The translations under genes were made by a program, and so were the position numbers. Under the pieces are notes generated by a model, which saw nothing but the letters and a program-made list of their open reading frames with translations, was not told the DNA's origin and made no database searches. Positions 39,447 through 61,300 of a stretch of DNA of 64,000 nucleotides are shown here, in pieces. Location: the NCBI RefSeq assembly GCF_018977255.1, contig NW_024704757.1, forward strand, positions 6,882,001 to 6,946,000, in the 5' to 3' direction. Origin of the DNA: Callorhinchus milii (taxonomy: Eukaryota). How positions within the stretch are numbered: the stretch's first letter is position 1; every line of letters starts with the position of its first letter.

Positions 39447-42400
39447 CTAGGGTTGGAGGGACGTCCCGGTATCCGGCACTCCCGCGTATCTGTAGATGTA
39501 CACAGTCCCGTCGTTCTTCCCCGCCAGGAGGCAGGCGCCTGTCTCTGCCCATTGGAAGAGGGACCAGGAAACATCAGGGCAGTGCGACAACATGGCTGTA
39601 AGCCGGCCGGAGGCCATGTCCCATATCGCCAAGGATCCCGGAGTCACAACTGCCGCGATCAACCGGTCCTTAACATCCCCATTGAGGTACCTGCTTAACA
39701 AATAAACATTCTCGTTTCAGCAGACAAACCATTTCTCCTGTCTCTGTGGCAAAGTGACTCAGCCACAGCGAGTTCAAGGCCCTTCAAAACCCTCCACGGC
39801 CTTGCTCCTTCCTACCTGATATTTGTTAAGTCAGGGTATTAGGGGATACAGGGCGAGGGCAGATAAATGGACTTGAGGTACAGATCAGCCATGATCTTAT
39901 AGCATATATGTTTCTACCTCTGTGACCTGCTCTCTCCATATCAGCCTGTCCACTCCATCCGCCCAGCAGGCTCCGGCCTGCTCCACGTCCCCCAACCATC
40001 AGCAGTTGGGCCTTCAGCCTCTGCCTCCACTCTTTGGAATTCCACCCCCTTTACCTTGCTCCCCACTTGCCTCCTTCAAGACCCTCCTCTTCGAATTCGC
40101 CTTTGGTCACCTTACCCCACCCACCCAGCCCTCCAGCCCTTTTGATCCCAACCACCAGTTCGGGTCCAAATCCCTGACGCCTTGGGACTTCCTCCTGACC
40201 TGGAAAGCGCTGTGTAAATGTCATTTGTTGTTTTACCTTCCTCTGCACTCTGGCGGCAGACAGTAGGACATGACAGGGCGACTTTTACCACTGAGGGGAT
40301 TAATGGCAACCAGTGTCGACACTGAAAGCTGATCTTGGCCGGGGAGCTGGCAGGCCCTGGCGTAGCGGTGAATCAGCAGAACAAACAGCAATCCCTGATT
40401 ACACAGAAGGAAAATAAGGTTAGCGATCACACCCACTCCCAGCACAAACACACTGGCTAACAGGCCGCAGACATGCTGGGGACAGAGACGCTGAGGGTGG
40501 GGATTGAGCAGCATCTCTCACCCACACACTGGGGTCCCTAACTCTGGCTGGACGTACAGCGGGAGGTTTTAACACATGACATGATGCTATTAGGGACTGA
40601 GTTACTCCCAAACAAATTTACTACGGAGCGACTCAAAAATCATCCATTTCGAAAATTGCTTCCGTTCCTTTTGAAAGTGCAACACATTGCAATTGTTTGC
40701 GGGCCAGGGTTCGGTTTGGTCTCTAGCGGACAGTGAGGCAACACTGATTTCACGGTAGTTAGAGAACACAAGTCACAGCACCGGGAGACCAATAAGAGGG
40801 GCGAGTGAGCGCACGTTGCTTGAACCCTGGCTCAATTATAGAGTCTCCAGGTTTGTATGAAACAAGCTGAGAACAGGATAAATCTGATCCACCGTTCGAT
40901 AGTCCCTGTGACTGTTCTCCCGTACAGTCGCTCCCAACAGTGTCCATCCAGGAGATCAATCTTTAATCCCTGGAGACTCCGGGACAATCCTGGAAGGTTG
41001 GCAACCGCCCCCCACCCGCCCGCCCGCCCCCACCCTCATCAGAGGAAAGACACTGTGGACAGCCGGGGCTTACACATTGGGAATAGGCTTTGTGGCAGAC
41101 AGTGCCGGGGAAGCTGTCGCTCAGATGAATCCTCTTTAGAAGCTGCCGGGTCTTTACGTTCCTGAGGGAGGACAACAACAACTTGCATTTGTACTGCGCC
41201 CCTCGTTTAGTGCAGGGTCCCAGAGCACTTGGCAATGGCGGAGCACGACACCGAACCGGGGTGGGGGGGGCGGGAGGAACCGTAAGCACGGCCGAAGAGG
41301 AAGTTCTTCAGGCACGACCTGAAGTTGGACAAGGAAGGGGTAACTTGGAGGAATAAAGGGAGAGTGTTCTAGAGTTTTGGGGTGTAGTGGCTGAAAGCCT
41401 GACCGCCGATGGTGAAACGGAGGGGACGATTGAGTGGGTTGGGGAGTCAGCAGGTTGGCGATAGGGAGGTGCCAGGGCATGAAACACAACAGCACATCCC
41501 TTCTTCAGCCAAGAAATCTAGCGAGTGAGAGCAGGAGAGAGGGAAGGAAGCAGACAGATACCAAGAGAAAGAGGGAGCCATGGAGTGAGTGACCAATTTT
41601 ATTTGAGGGATTGTTGGCCTGGACACCGGGAGAGAGAAACTCCCTTCTCTTTTCCAACAGTGCCACAGGATCTTTAACCTCCAGCTGAACAGGCAGATGG
41701 GGTCTCGGTTTAACGTCTCATCTGAAGGACGGCACCTGCGACAATGAGGTTCACCCCCCCCCCCCCGGCACCTCACTGGAGCGTCAGCCTGGACTGTGAG
41801 CGTCAGAGGCAGAGCGGTGCTGAGGGTGTTGGCAGCCCCACACTCACCACAATACAACGTCACTCGTGTTGGTAGATCCCAGCAGCACCTCCTCCTCGCC
41901 CTCAACCTCGCTGAACGCCAGGATCTCCTCTCGCAGCGACTGCAACAGCACCCCAACCTCCCGCCTGCGGACAGAACAGACCCCCATTTCAGCACAGCGT
42001 CCCTGACCCCAACCCACACTGCACCTCGACCATGCCAGGCTTCTTAACTGAGTCTTCAGATGTGACTCTCCTGCACCCAACCCCCCCACACCCCGGGCTC
42101 TGACCTGCCTGCTGTGTTGATGGTGAGCAGCTCCACTCGCTGCTGCTGGAGGGGGCAACAGGAGCAGACAAGCCTGTGTTTCCGCAGGCCCAGCACTGCG
42201 GTTATCTCTCCCGCCTGTACCACGCTGGGCTCCAGGTAGCTCCCGTCAGCGCAGCACAGCACACTGAGAACACACACAGCCCACAAACAGCATCAGCCAT
42301 CGAGCCAGAGAGGCAGTATGTGTCAAACATCTCCCCCTACCCCCCACCACCCCCACAGGCTTAGCTCGCTCACACTCCTCCCCCAACCCCCCATCACAGT

Positions 42401-45400
42401 CTCTCAGTGCGCACTGGAGTCATTACCTGACTTCCCTGATCTCCAGGTCTCCGAACGCCACACACAGCACATTCTCTGCCCCTGGGAGTGGAACCAGCTG
42501 AATTACAGGAACCTGCAGAAAGGGCGAGAGGCTTCAGTACACAACCACCGTCACACACTGACATGCCACCTCACCGTCAGACATGCCTCCTCACCGTCAG
42601 ACATGCCTCCTCACCGTCAGACATGCCTCCTCACCGTCAGACATGCCTCCTCACTCTCAGACGAGCCTCAGGCTCAGGGCCGGAGCTGAAGGAACCGCTG
42701 GCCGATCACCACACAAGGGCGCTCTCACCTCCTTGAAGACCCAGGTGTGGATGTTGTCCCAGTGGCCGCGAGACTGTGGGGCCCAGAGGGACACGGTCAA
42801 CTCCAAGGCGATGGCGACACACACAGCGCTGCTCCCGCTCACCCCCCATAGCAAACTGCACACGTCCGTCACACAGGAGGATGGGTTCTGCAAGACACAC
42901 GCGTTTCATTAAGTCCCAGGCATTAAATGCCTCTGTTTACCCAGCAGTAAGTGGGAACTCGGTTGTTCGTTGATTGACGGTGATTCACGTGAGAGAAACA
43001 AGCAGCAGCTCTCCTCCCAGAGCTGGCTGGAGGCCGCTGACACTCACCGGAATGTCAGCCATAAACCGCAGTGGCTCCTCTGCTCCTCGCTGCCTCCCAG
43101 CCGCACAACTTGGGCCACAATCACTTTCCTGCAGCAAGAAAATCTGTGCTGAAATCACTTCAAAGGAGCTCGAAAAACATTACACAGGAACAGGAGACCA
43201 TCCAACCCATCCAGCCTGTTCCTCCAGTTTTTTGGATCTGATCTCACCATTTTTTTGTCAGCCGGGTATCTGACACATGCGGAAACTTATCACTATGCTT
43301 AAGAGTATCCCAAACAAGCTGAGAATTCCATTCATCCCACCTACACATGAAAATCCCAGAAATAAGGTTGTTGGAATGGAATGCGCTCTCTCTCTCTCTC
43401 TGGAGGGATGCATCCGGCTTTACCTAATTCCGGAAAGTATTACATCTCACTCTTAATACTCGTCACCCCAAATTTCCCAGCATCAGGTTCCACTCCCTGC
43501 CTGAGCTCCTACACCACGCACTCCCCTCTCCCAGCTCCGTTACCAGGAGCTACGACTCTCTCACATGCACACAGTAGCTTTTAGTGGAGTACTGTAGCTC
43601 AGTGGTTAGAGCACTGTTAGCGAGAGACCTGAGTTCAATTCCAGGCAGAGGGCGAAACCTTGGGCAAGTTTCCTTACTCCACACAGAGCCTAATAATAAT
43701 CCCTCCAAAACCAAAACCAATAATAAATTGGTCATTTTCAATCAACGACTGTTTGTGGGACATTGCTGTGCGCAATTGGCTGCCGCGTTCGCCCACAAAT
43801 ATACAGTCAATTCACTTTACAGTGTTCTGTGAGGCGCTTTGGGACGTCCTCCCGACCTGAAATGCAAGAATTATTATTATTTTTATTTTACCTCTTCAAT
43901 CACTGAGTCATCTTCAGGAAGCCCCACAACGGGGAGTCCCACGGCTGCTTTGTGGGAGCTCGTTACATCCTCAAAGCCAGCAGCCACCGTCTCCTCCCCA
44001 GCCTCCTCTCCGGCATATTCCTGCTCCTCTCCAGGCTGGTGAGGATGATCCTGGACAGACACTATGCATTGGATTCCCGTGTTGCTCACCAGACATGCGG
44101 CAGGACAGCCCTGGCCTCCGGCCTCTGGTCTCTGGGAACCCACCCCGGTGCTCTGTGGGGCCGTTGCCTCGCTCTGCGAGAAGCCACCGGAATACTGGGG
44201 AGAGCCGGGGGCTGGAGTGAGGCCAAGTGATGGGAACACTGTGCTGGTCACACTGCACACAGGCTGACTGGTGCTTTGTGAAGGTAGAATGTAGGGTGGT
44301 GTGGCCAGCAGCTCACAGGGGGACAGCTCATAGGCTGCTCTCTCTCCCTGCGTTTGCTGAACAGAAGGCGGGATGTTACATGTCGGCTCCTCTGGGGTCC
44401 CGAGGAAATGTTGGCATTCCCAGCTCTCTAGGAGAGAAGCATGGCGTCAGTACAGAGCACAATCAGTCATATTCACTGAGTCCACAATATGTTCAGTGCT
44501 CATCCCGGAACCTCAATGTAATGTGTTGCTCCACGAAGCATTGCATGTGCGTTTGTGCGCGCGTGTGTGAGGGGTGCATGTGAGGGGTGTCGTTGTGTGT
44601 GTGAGGGGTGTGGTTGGGTGTGAGGGGTGCGTGTGAGGGGTGTGGTTGTATGTGAGGGGTGTGTGTGAGGGGTGTGGTTGTGCGCGCATGCGGTGTGCCC
44701 GCACGCAGTGTGTGTGTGTGAGGGTTGTGTGTGTGCTTTGCGTAAGGGGTGTGCATGTGACCGAGTTTCTGTACCTGCTGTGCGGGGCTGCTCTACATCC
44801 TCTGAAGTTTGCCTCCCCACCGGCTCTTCCTGCGAACACGTCTTTTCCAAATGCTCAGGATCCCGCTGCTCGGGCTCGGCCTGGGGCTCCGGTGGACAGC
44901 CTGGCCCGGCCTCGCCGACCCCCGGTGCCCGGCCTCGCAGCTTCTCTTGTTTGAGCCGCCCGTACTCCTCGTCCGGCAGCTGAAAGTGCTGCACCTCCAG
45001 GCTACAGAACAGCCTTTTCACCAGGGGCCGACTGACGGGCAGTAAAGGCTGTGAGCAGGTCTGCTCCATGTCTGCGTTTCTCCTGCAGTCGCTGGGAGCT
45101 TTGTGGAGGCCATTACCTGTCGTGTGACACAAGTCCTCTCAGCAATGCTTTCACCAGCAACATCCGTCCGTCAGTGAGAGCCTCAGTCAGACAGTCAGCG
45201 AGAGCATCAGTCGGTCAGTCAGCGAGAGCCTCAGTAGGTAGGTCGGTCGGTCGGTCAGTCAGCGAGAGCCTCAGTCAGTCAGTCAGTCAGTCAGCGAGAG
45301 CCTCAGTCAGTCAGTCAGTCAGTCAGCGAGAGCCTCAGTCAGTCAGCGAAGAGCTGGAGACGAGATTTTCCACTGCTCAGGATGGACGGGAGGTTAGGTG

Positions 45401-48400
45401 ATTCAAATTACAGTAAACACGATTCAACAACAAATCACATTTATATAGCTTCTTTAACGTCGGAAGAACATCCCAAGGTGCTGATTTTTCACATATTCAG
45501 TTAAGCGAGCAAGGTACTTTCACAGCTGCTATTAATAATCATAATAACTCCGAATGCCTCAAAATATATTGAAAATAATAATAATCCTTGCATTTGATAC
45601 AGCGCCTTTTCATGTCGTCAGGACATCTCAAAGCGCTTCAGAATATACTGTATAGTAACTGTGTATTTTGTAGGGGAAATGTATTAAACGTAAATGGGAT
45701 TTCCTCGATATGAAGCTCACCTCTGGCCAGGCTGGCCCTGCGCCTGGGCTGTGACCGCCGCTGCCCCCCGGGTTCCCCTCCGGCCTGGGAGTGAGTGGGC
45801 ACAGGGAGAAGGAGCCTGTTCCCCAGCACCGAGCCAGCGAGGGCCACTTGCTGAGTCTCATGGATCATATCCCGGAAGTCAGTGTCGCTGCTCAATCCCA
45901 CATCAGGCTCCGGAGCAACGGCTCCAGGCTGCTCCCCGCAGGCCACTTTGGGGAAAGCCTCCTTCTTCCCAGCGTTCCCCAAAGGCTCCAGCACCGGCTT
46001 GTGTCTGCTCAGTCTGGAGCTCCCAGCACTGGGCACCAGAGGGTGCTTACAGCCCCCGCGTTTCCTGGGCAGATCTTTAGTGCTCGTCCCCAGCTGGTAA
46101 ACAACAACAATTTGCTTTTACACAGGGTCCTTCACGCCTGGCAGAGTCTCAGAGCGCTTAATAGTGATGGAGTCTGATCGGAAGCTGGGGGAGGGAGGAG
46201 GTGACCGTAAGTCCTCCCGACGTGAAATAGCGCTACACAATTGTAATTTGTTCTTGCTGGAAGCACAGTCAAAGAGGGGAAGGAAGGGGCAAGGTGGAGG
46301 GATTGGGGGAAGAGAGTTCCAAAGCTTCAGGGCGTAGTGGCTGAAAGCCCAGGCTACTGAAGAGAGAGAAGTAGGAGGCCGGAGCCAATCGAGCGGAGGC
46401 AGTGGTTGGTGGAGTGGGGAGTAAGCAGGTCGTAGAGATAGGGATGTGCCAGGGCGTGAAGGGATTTGTAGACCCACGAGAGGATCTTGAAATAAATCCG
46501 TTCTGTGATAGGGAGCCAGTGGAGCCTGGTGTAATGGGAGTACGGGGTTTAGTGTGGGTAAGTATGCAGCCGGCTGATGGTGGAGCTGGGGAGACCAGAG
46601 AGGAGGGCATTCGAATAGTCAAGGTGGGGGGTGACGACGGCGTAGACGAGGGTTTCAACTGGGTTGGGGATGAGGTACGGTCAGAGCCGGGCAATGTGAC
46701 AGAGATGGAGGAAAGTGGTCCTGGTCGGGGACCAGACGTGGGGAAAGAAGGACACCTGTGCGTCGAAACTGACCCTAGGTTACACACAGCTTCGGTGAGT
46801 CTGAGGGACAGGCCAAGGAGGTTGAGGAGATCAGAGCCGCAGGACAAAAGACGTTGACGGGAGCTGAGGAGTATGGCTTCCATCTTGCCAACGATCAGCT
46901 ATAGGTAGTTTGCGCTGGATGAAAGGCGACCTCTCCACTCACCTCGTTCTCCTTCTCGCTCAAGATATCACATGCCACAGAGTCTCCGGCAGAACATTCT
47001 GTCACACAGCCTCCCGCAGGCCTCCGCTCGGTCGCCTCTCCGTCTCTGGAAGCCGGAGTCTCAGGGAGCCCAGCTCTAGTGTTCCGCCCTCTCGCTCTCC
47101 TCCCAACTTGCCCTCCGGCTGACTGAATCACTTTTGTGGGCTGCGGAGTGTCACCCTGCTCCGGGGAGGCAGCCTCCTCCTGGCTGTTGAACAGTAACTG
47201 GGTGTCACTGAATTCCTCTCCGACCTTGGGGGAACCGGAGGCCCCAGTCATCACCTCACACCCCAGCCCCAGTCCCCCGCATCTCCCCCTGTGGCGGCTT
47301 CGGGACTTCCCTAGCTGGCTGTGGATCACGGCCTCCAGGTCCACCTGTCGCTGACGCTGTGACATGCGTCTGGTCGTCCTGACGTAATACTCCACTGGGA
47401 AGAGCAGCCCTTCGACCAGGGTGCAGGAGCTCAGGGGGCCTACAAAGGGCACCACACTGGCTCTGGTACCGGCTCCGACCTGGGACACAGCACTCTCTGA
47501 CCCGACGGCATCACCTCCATCGCTGCTCTTGATCTCTTCATTGCCTTCAGTGAGGCGACCGCAGTCACCCTGCTTGACTCTGTCGGGGGCTTCACTGTCC
47601 AGCGCCCCCTGAGTTCCCCCCGTACTGTCCCCCGCGAGTGGCAGAGGCCTGGCCTGGCTCCCGGTCCCATCGTCCCGCTCAGCCGCACACTCGATGTTCC
47701 CACCAACTGTTTCCCCAGGTCCATCACACCTGTGCACAACGCCTCCTGAAGCCGCCTGGTCTTCTTCGCCACCTGGGGGCACCAGCGGAGAGCTGTGTCT
47801 ATCGCCATCGGCTGCCCCCGTGGTGGCGAGCGGCTGACAGAGGTGGGTACTGTTGCAGGTGACGACGGGACACTGTAACTGGTTGACACCCGCAGACAGA
47901 GCTGCAGCCCCGGCACAGCCAGTTACGTGACCCCGTCTTCTCTTTAGCTTCAGGCGACTGGGAGCTTTGCCGGGGCCCCTGGCGCCCGGGTCTTGATTGG
48001 CTGAAGAGGGGTCGCTGGAACTCTCCTCAGCGCTTCCACTACAACTCCTCAGTGACGAGCTTAGGTCCAGGCTGATGGGGTCAATGACCTGTGGCTCCAG
48101 GTTAAATGTCACCAGTGTTTTTCTCTCTCTGCTGCTCTCCCCGGGGACTCGGGCCCCAGGAGGCGGGGCCTGACGTGTGTCCGGCACGGAGGTCTCCTCC
48201 TCACCTTCTATAAAAGATTCGCCCACAAAATACAGTCACTGCACTTTACAGTACAACCTGTGAAGCGCTTTGAAACGTCTTAAAGACACGATAAGGTGCT
48301 TTATCAAATGCAAGGATTATTATTATATTCACATGTAAATGCCGATGTAAATACTGGGAGGTGGATGTGAAACAAGCCAGGCAAACATTACAGTAAAAAA

Positions 48401-50220
48401 AATCACCTTCGCTCATGCCTTTCACCCACAAAATACAGTCACTCCAATTTACAGTATATCCTGTGAAACTTTGAGACGTCTTGATGACGTGATGATGCGC
48501 TATTATATCAGTGGCAAGGATTATTATTATTCAATGGGCAGTAATGAAGGAAGCTGCAGTGTACGTTCCCTGGATTTCACAGCGTGGTGACTGGCAGCCA
48601 TCTGTAAACCTACCTGTTGTGGGCTGGGGCGAGTCCTGCTCCACAAGCAACTGGTTCTGCTTCGCAATTGTTCTTTTAACATGACTCCGCACTCGCTCGG
48701 CTTTCTGTGCACGCTGGTGATAAAGAGACAGAAGTGATCAGACAGGTTAGCACACGGTGACTGGTGATCACTGGTGTGGAGTCCTGTAACTCAGTGGTTA
48801 GAGCACTGGCTTTGCAAGCGAGAGACCTGAGTTCAATTCCAGGCAGAGGGCGAAACCTTGGGCAAGTTTCCTTACTCCACACAGAGCCTAATAATAATCC
48901 CTCCAAAAAAAAAATAATAATAAATTGGTCATTTTCAATCTGTTTGTGGGACATTGCTGTGCGCAATTGGCTGCCGCTTTCGCCCACAAATATACAGTCA
49001 ATTCACTTTACAGTGTGTTCTGTGAAGCGTTTTGGGACGTTCTCTCGACGTGAAAAGCACTATATCAAATGCAAGGATTATTATTATTATCAGACGGGTT
49101 TGTTGTTCTTGACTCATGCGGAAACCTATTGTTGTGCTTCAGAGTCTCTGAATCAGACAAAATTCCACATTCGTGGAAATGTTCCTGTAATTGGAATGAA
49201 ATGTTCACTCTCTCTCTTCCTAGAGGGAAACTTACCTAATTCCAGAAAGTATTAGGGGCAGGATGGCAAGAGCCAAGCCTTAGGGGCCCAGAGTGTGCAG
49301 TGGTGCCATGGCTGGAGTCCAACCAGCTAAAACCGCACAGCTTGCCATTGATATTGCTGCCTGGCAAGCTTTCCTGCTGCTTGTCCAGCTAGGACCACCC
49401 GATCCGTTAGGGCTTTGGCTTGCAGGGTTAACAGGAGCTGAGCAGGAAGAATGGCTGTCCTGATGTGTGCTGACTAGGCTGATCTCTGCAGTCTCTCTGA
49501 GCACACGGGTGACTGTCTGGATATGAAAAGTTTTACCTGTAGCTTGTGCACCGTCCTGGCATATTCTTTTTTCAGCAAGGCCAGTCTTTGCTTCAGCTGT
49601 GGTTGAAAGTTTAAACGCAAAACAGTCAACAGCTGGTAATTACATATCACCCTTCACATAGGAAAGTATCAAAGTACTTCACTGAGCCAGAGCAAGGTGA
49701 GAACACAAATGATAAGACATTAAACTGGGGTCCCAACTGCCCGATGGATGTTAAAGATCCTGTGGCGCTATTCCAAAAGAGAAAGGGGTTTCTCTCTCAT
49801 TCCGTGTGTCTTGGCCAACAATCCCCCAAATAAAATTGGTCAATCCATGGCTGTTTGTGGGACACTGCTGTGCACATCCAGCGCCTTGGGACGTCCTTTC
49901 AACATGAAAGGTGCTGCACAAATGTCATTTTGTTGTTGTTGTTGTTGTTGTGCACAACTGGCTGTCACGTTTCACCCACGGGGTACACAGTCACTACACT
50001 TTACAGTATATTCTGTGACACGCTTTGAGACGTCGCTATACAGCGCTATATCAAATGCAAGGATGTATTTATTAATTATCTATATAAAATGCTAGGGTTA
50101 TTATTATTATTGTTATGAATGCGGTGCGGGCGGGAGAGGAGGTGAGTGACAGTCAGTGAGGAAAATTCTCACCTGCTCTTTCTCTTCGCAGCTGAAGCTC
50201 TTTCTCCCACCGTCCTCCAT
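39447..50220 (-). CDS. PALB2: Partner and localizer of BRCA2 (about 1271 aa)
   Basis: Exons 50220-50173 ([16 protein letters not shown]), 49596-49537 ([20 protein letters not shown], coiled coil), 48713-48614, 48207-46943 (ChAM motif [18 protein letters not shown]), 46093-45721, 45116-44775 (MRG15-binding [16 protein letters not shown]), 44427-43892, 43128-43048, 42887-42729, 42512-42427, 42263-42105, 41964-41848, 41161-41074, 40394-40237, 39690-39447 (WD40 end). Total 3816 nt, all phases consistent. AATAAA at 39288-39283. Confidence 0.93.
42561..42660. repeat. 20-bp tandem repeat x5
   Basis: acatgcctcctcaccgtcag units. Confidence 0.9.
43584..43885 (+). mobile_element. tRNA-derived SINE
   Basis: Same head, body and (ATT)n tail. 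Confidence 0.88.
46100..46895 (-). mobile_element. L2-clade LINE 3' fragment filling a PALB2 intron
   Basis: [13 protein letters not shown] peptide; similar to other L2 fragments in the window. Confidence 0.8.
48776..49090 (+). mobile_element. tRNA-derived SINE
   Basis: Same head, body and (ATT)n tail. Confidence 0.88.
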
Positions 50221-50785
50221 TTCACACAGTCTCTCTGACCCTCTCTCTCTCTCTCTGACCCTCTCTCTCTCTCTCTGACCCCCTCCCCCCAGTCTCTCTG
50301 ACCCTCTCTCTCTCTCTCTGACCCCCTCCCCCCAGTCTCTCTGACCCTCTCTCTCTCTCTGACCCTCCCTCCCTCACTCTCTGACCCTCTCTCTCTCTCT
50401 GACCCCCTCCCCCAGTCTCTCTGACCCTCTCTCTCTCTCTGACCCCCTCCCCCCAGTCTCTCTGACCCTCTCTCTCTCTCTCTGACCCCCTCCCCCTCTC
50501 TGACCCTCTCTCTCTCTCTCTCTGACCCCTCCCTCTCTCTGACCCTCTCTCTCTCTCTCTGACCCCCTCCCTCACTCTCTGACCCTCTCTCTCTCTCTCT
50601 GACCCCTCCCCCCAGTCTCTCTGACCCTCTCTCTCTCTCTGACCCCCTCCCCCCAGTCTCTCTGACCCTCTCTCTCTCTCTGACCCTCTCACTCTCTCTC
50701 ACAATCTGACTTTCCCGCCTTGGGTTTGGTGCCAGTGCGCAGGACCGGAAGTGCGCGTGAGTGTGTTTCCGGTCCGGGCTGCGGG
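50221..50785. promoter_or_regulatory. PALB2-DCTN5 bidirectional promoter
   Basis: Divergent ATGs 565 bp apart; ETS/GABP site ACCGGAAGTG 50744-50753; E2F-type TTTCCCGCC 50711-50719; CT-rich repeat 50230-50700. Confidence 0.75.
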
Positions 50786-58315
<7,530 letters not shown>

Positions 58316-61300
58316 TGGCTGGGGGCGAGGTCAGCAGGTACGGGGTGGGGCAGGGTCAGCGCTGCCCCAAAATCCTCTCCTGACCCCCTCAAGTGGAGCA
58401 TTAAACTCACTACCGCCCACTCCCCTCCTCCATCCCCGAGATTAGTTTCCAGTTTGTAACTGTAGGGCAGTGGGAATCTGGAACTCTCTCCCACAAAAGG
58501 CTGTGGATTACGGTTGATTCAATTCACATTTTCAAGACTGAGGTGGATTGATATTTGTTAGATCGGGATCAAGGGATACGGGGCAAAGGTGGGTAATTGG
58601 AGTTGAAATACAGATCAGCCATGATCTTATAGAATGGCGGAACAGGCTCGAGGGGCTGAATGGCCTCCTGTTTCTATGTTTCTATAACTCGCCTGGGGAT
58701 GGGGGGGGGAATATTCTCATTGTAGTAACTGTTTGAAACATTTTGTTGCAGAATCAAATTGCCCCTGAACCTGGAGGTGAGGCAGGGCCCGTGCCAAGCG
58801 TGGAGGGGGGTGGTGGGTGGGCGAGGCTGGAGCGGACATTGTCGACCCCCGCCCCCCCCACACCGAGCCACGATGGCGCCTCTCCCCAGCCTTTACAGCA
58901 CGAACAGCTCCTGACAGCAGAGAGAACGTCATCCACGTCTCAAGGCCCTCGCTCACTCTCGCTCCCCACTATCTCTATCACTCTTTCTCCCCACCCCTCA
59001 TTCTCAGTGCCCTCTCTAGTGTGAGTCTCTCTCTCGCTCACATGTGCAGTGTGTGTGTCTGTCTCTCTCTCTCTCTCTCTATGGGTCCTGGTGCGTTGCC
59101 TGTTGAACATTCCATATTAATCATTTCCTTGTCACTCCTGTGCTGTTCTGTACCAACCACAATGTTCTGACTTTATAAACTGCCATCATGGCTCCCGTTG
59201 GCTTCTGTAGCACTTACAGGGACACTTATTTATTAGTATAAAACATTGGTCTCTGCCTCCACTTCCCAGGGGCTCAGCTGTCTCAGGAGATCTGTGTCAG
59301 GTGGGTGGGGGGGCAGAGACACTGATCATGTAATGTAACATCAGCCATGTGACAGAATGAATTTTATGTGGTGAACACAATAAATATTCAGCACTTTCTG
59401 CCTCTTGTTTTCATGCTAAGTACATTTTGTGCTTAGAGAGAGGTGTGCAGTCAATGATCTCTCAAGGCTACAATTGCCCCCACAACACCATCCCAGAACC
59501 CCTCTGCCTCACCCCCTCCCTTGTCTACTTCAAGGCCCATCTCAAGATGTTTGACCAGCACCTTGGAATGTTCTGATGTGAAATGCGCAGTGTAAATGTG
59601 ATTTGTTAACCGGGATTTACAGTCAAGTGTAGTGACTGTTTTCGTGTGCAAATGCAGCAGCCAGCGTGTGCACAGCAAGGTCTCACACATGAGGAACGAT
59701 CAAAGGGTAGCTTCGCTCTCAATGTCCTCCCCCCACCCCCACAGGGTCAAAGGGAACATACACCCCTCATGCAGCCCAGAGCTGACCTCACACTCAAAAC
59801 TCCCCTTTCACTTCATTGGGATGGAAATCAGTCACTGGTGCTTGAATCTAATTAAGCAGCATCACATAACCAGCACGAATTACTGAGGCACTGAGCCGTC
59901 CCTGCCAACAGGATATTATTGTGCAGCAATAAACAAACTCGGCCTTGCAATCCATTAACCTCCATTAGTGTTACCCACAGCTGACATCTCACAAACAAAC
60001 CAGAGGTTTCATTAACAAACACCTGCTTTAATACTTGTCCAATAATAATAATCCTTTGATATAGCATTTGATATAGTGCTCCTTAAATGCAAGTTGTTGA
60101 TACAGTGGCTTATCACGTCTTTGAGATGTCTCAAAGGCTTCATGGAATATACTGTAAAGTGTAGTAACTGTATAAAGTGATCTGCCGATCAACTAACAAC
60201 CGGGTTCCTACTTACTGCTAAGTAAACCGAGGCGTGTGGAGTAAGGAAACTTGCCTAACATTTTGCCCTGCCCAGGAATTGAACCCGGGTCCTTGCTTGT
60301 GAGGCGAGTGCTCTAACCACTGAGCCACGTTTCACCCACGGAACACACAGTCAATCCACTTTCCAATATATTCTGTGAAGCTCTGAGACATTTCAACAAT
60401 GCACTTTATCAAAGGAAAGGATGATTATATTATTATGGAGTGGGATTCTGTGCATGTGTGTGAGTCCCAGCTCCTGTAAGTACAGGGCACACCAATAACA
60501 AGGAATGATTCACTCCCGGATACAGTGTGTGTGTTAGTACTGTTTCTCTGTGTGGACAGTGAGAACAAATAGATGATTATTGATGGCTGATTTCAGGACA
60601 GTACAGAAACAGCTCAGGACAGGAAGCCTTGGTGCCGAGTGAGTGTTCGTACAGAACAGAACGTACAATTACAGCCTCTCAGGAAGAGAACAACTGGGAG
60701 AGGGAGCAGCCACCTGGATCATCAATCTTCCCAGGATCATCAATCAGGGGGAAAAAATCAATCTGGAATCTTTGGCTGGGTGGAAAAACATGATTTTTTA
60801 ATCACAATGCACAGGATCAACCCAACTCTGTCCTCACCTGTACCCAAGGACAAATCCTTGTTTATAATAATAATCTTTGTATTTGACATGGCACCTTATC
60901 ATATCTTCAAGGTGTCTCAAAGCGCTTCACAGGATATACTGTAAAGGGTAGTGCCTGTACACTTTGAGGGCAAAACGTGGCAGCCAATTAGGCACAGCAC
61001 TGTCCTACAAACAGGCTTGTAGGTGAGGCTTTGTTCAGTGATTGAGGAGAAAAAATTAAATAGTAATTAGTAACTCAAATGTACCTGTTGTTCAGCCATC
61101 AGCCATTCAGTCACATTCAAGCCAGAGGTTTTATCCAGAGTCAGACAGGCTGGAGAGACACAAACACGGGTTCAGCAAAGAACACAGAAAAAGTGCAATG
61201 TGGAGACTGAATGAGAGACCCAGACAAGTTAACTTTGGAGTGCAGGCGGACAGTGTGGAGGGGCTTTACTGTGTCTGTAACCCTGACCTGGGAGTGTGGA

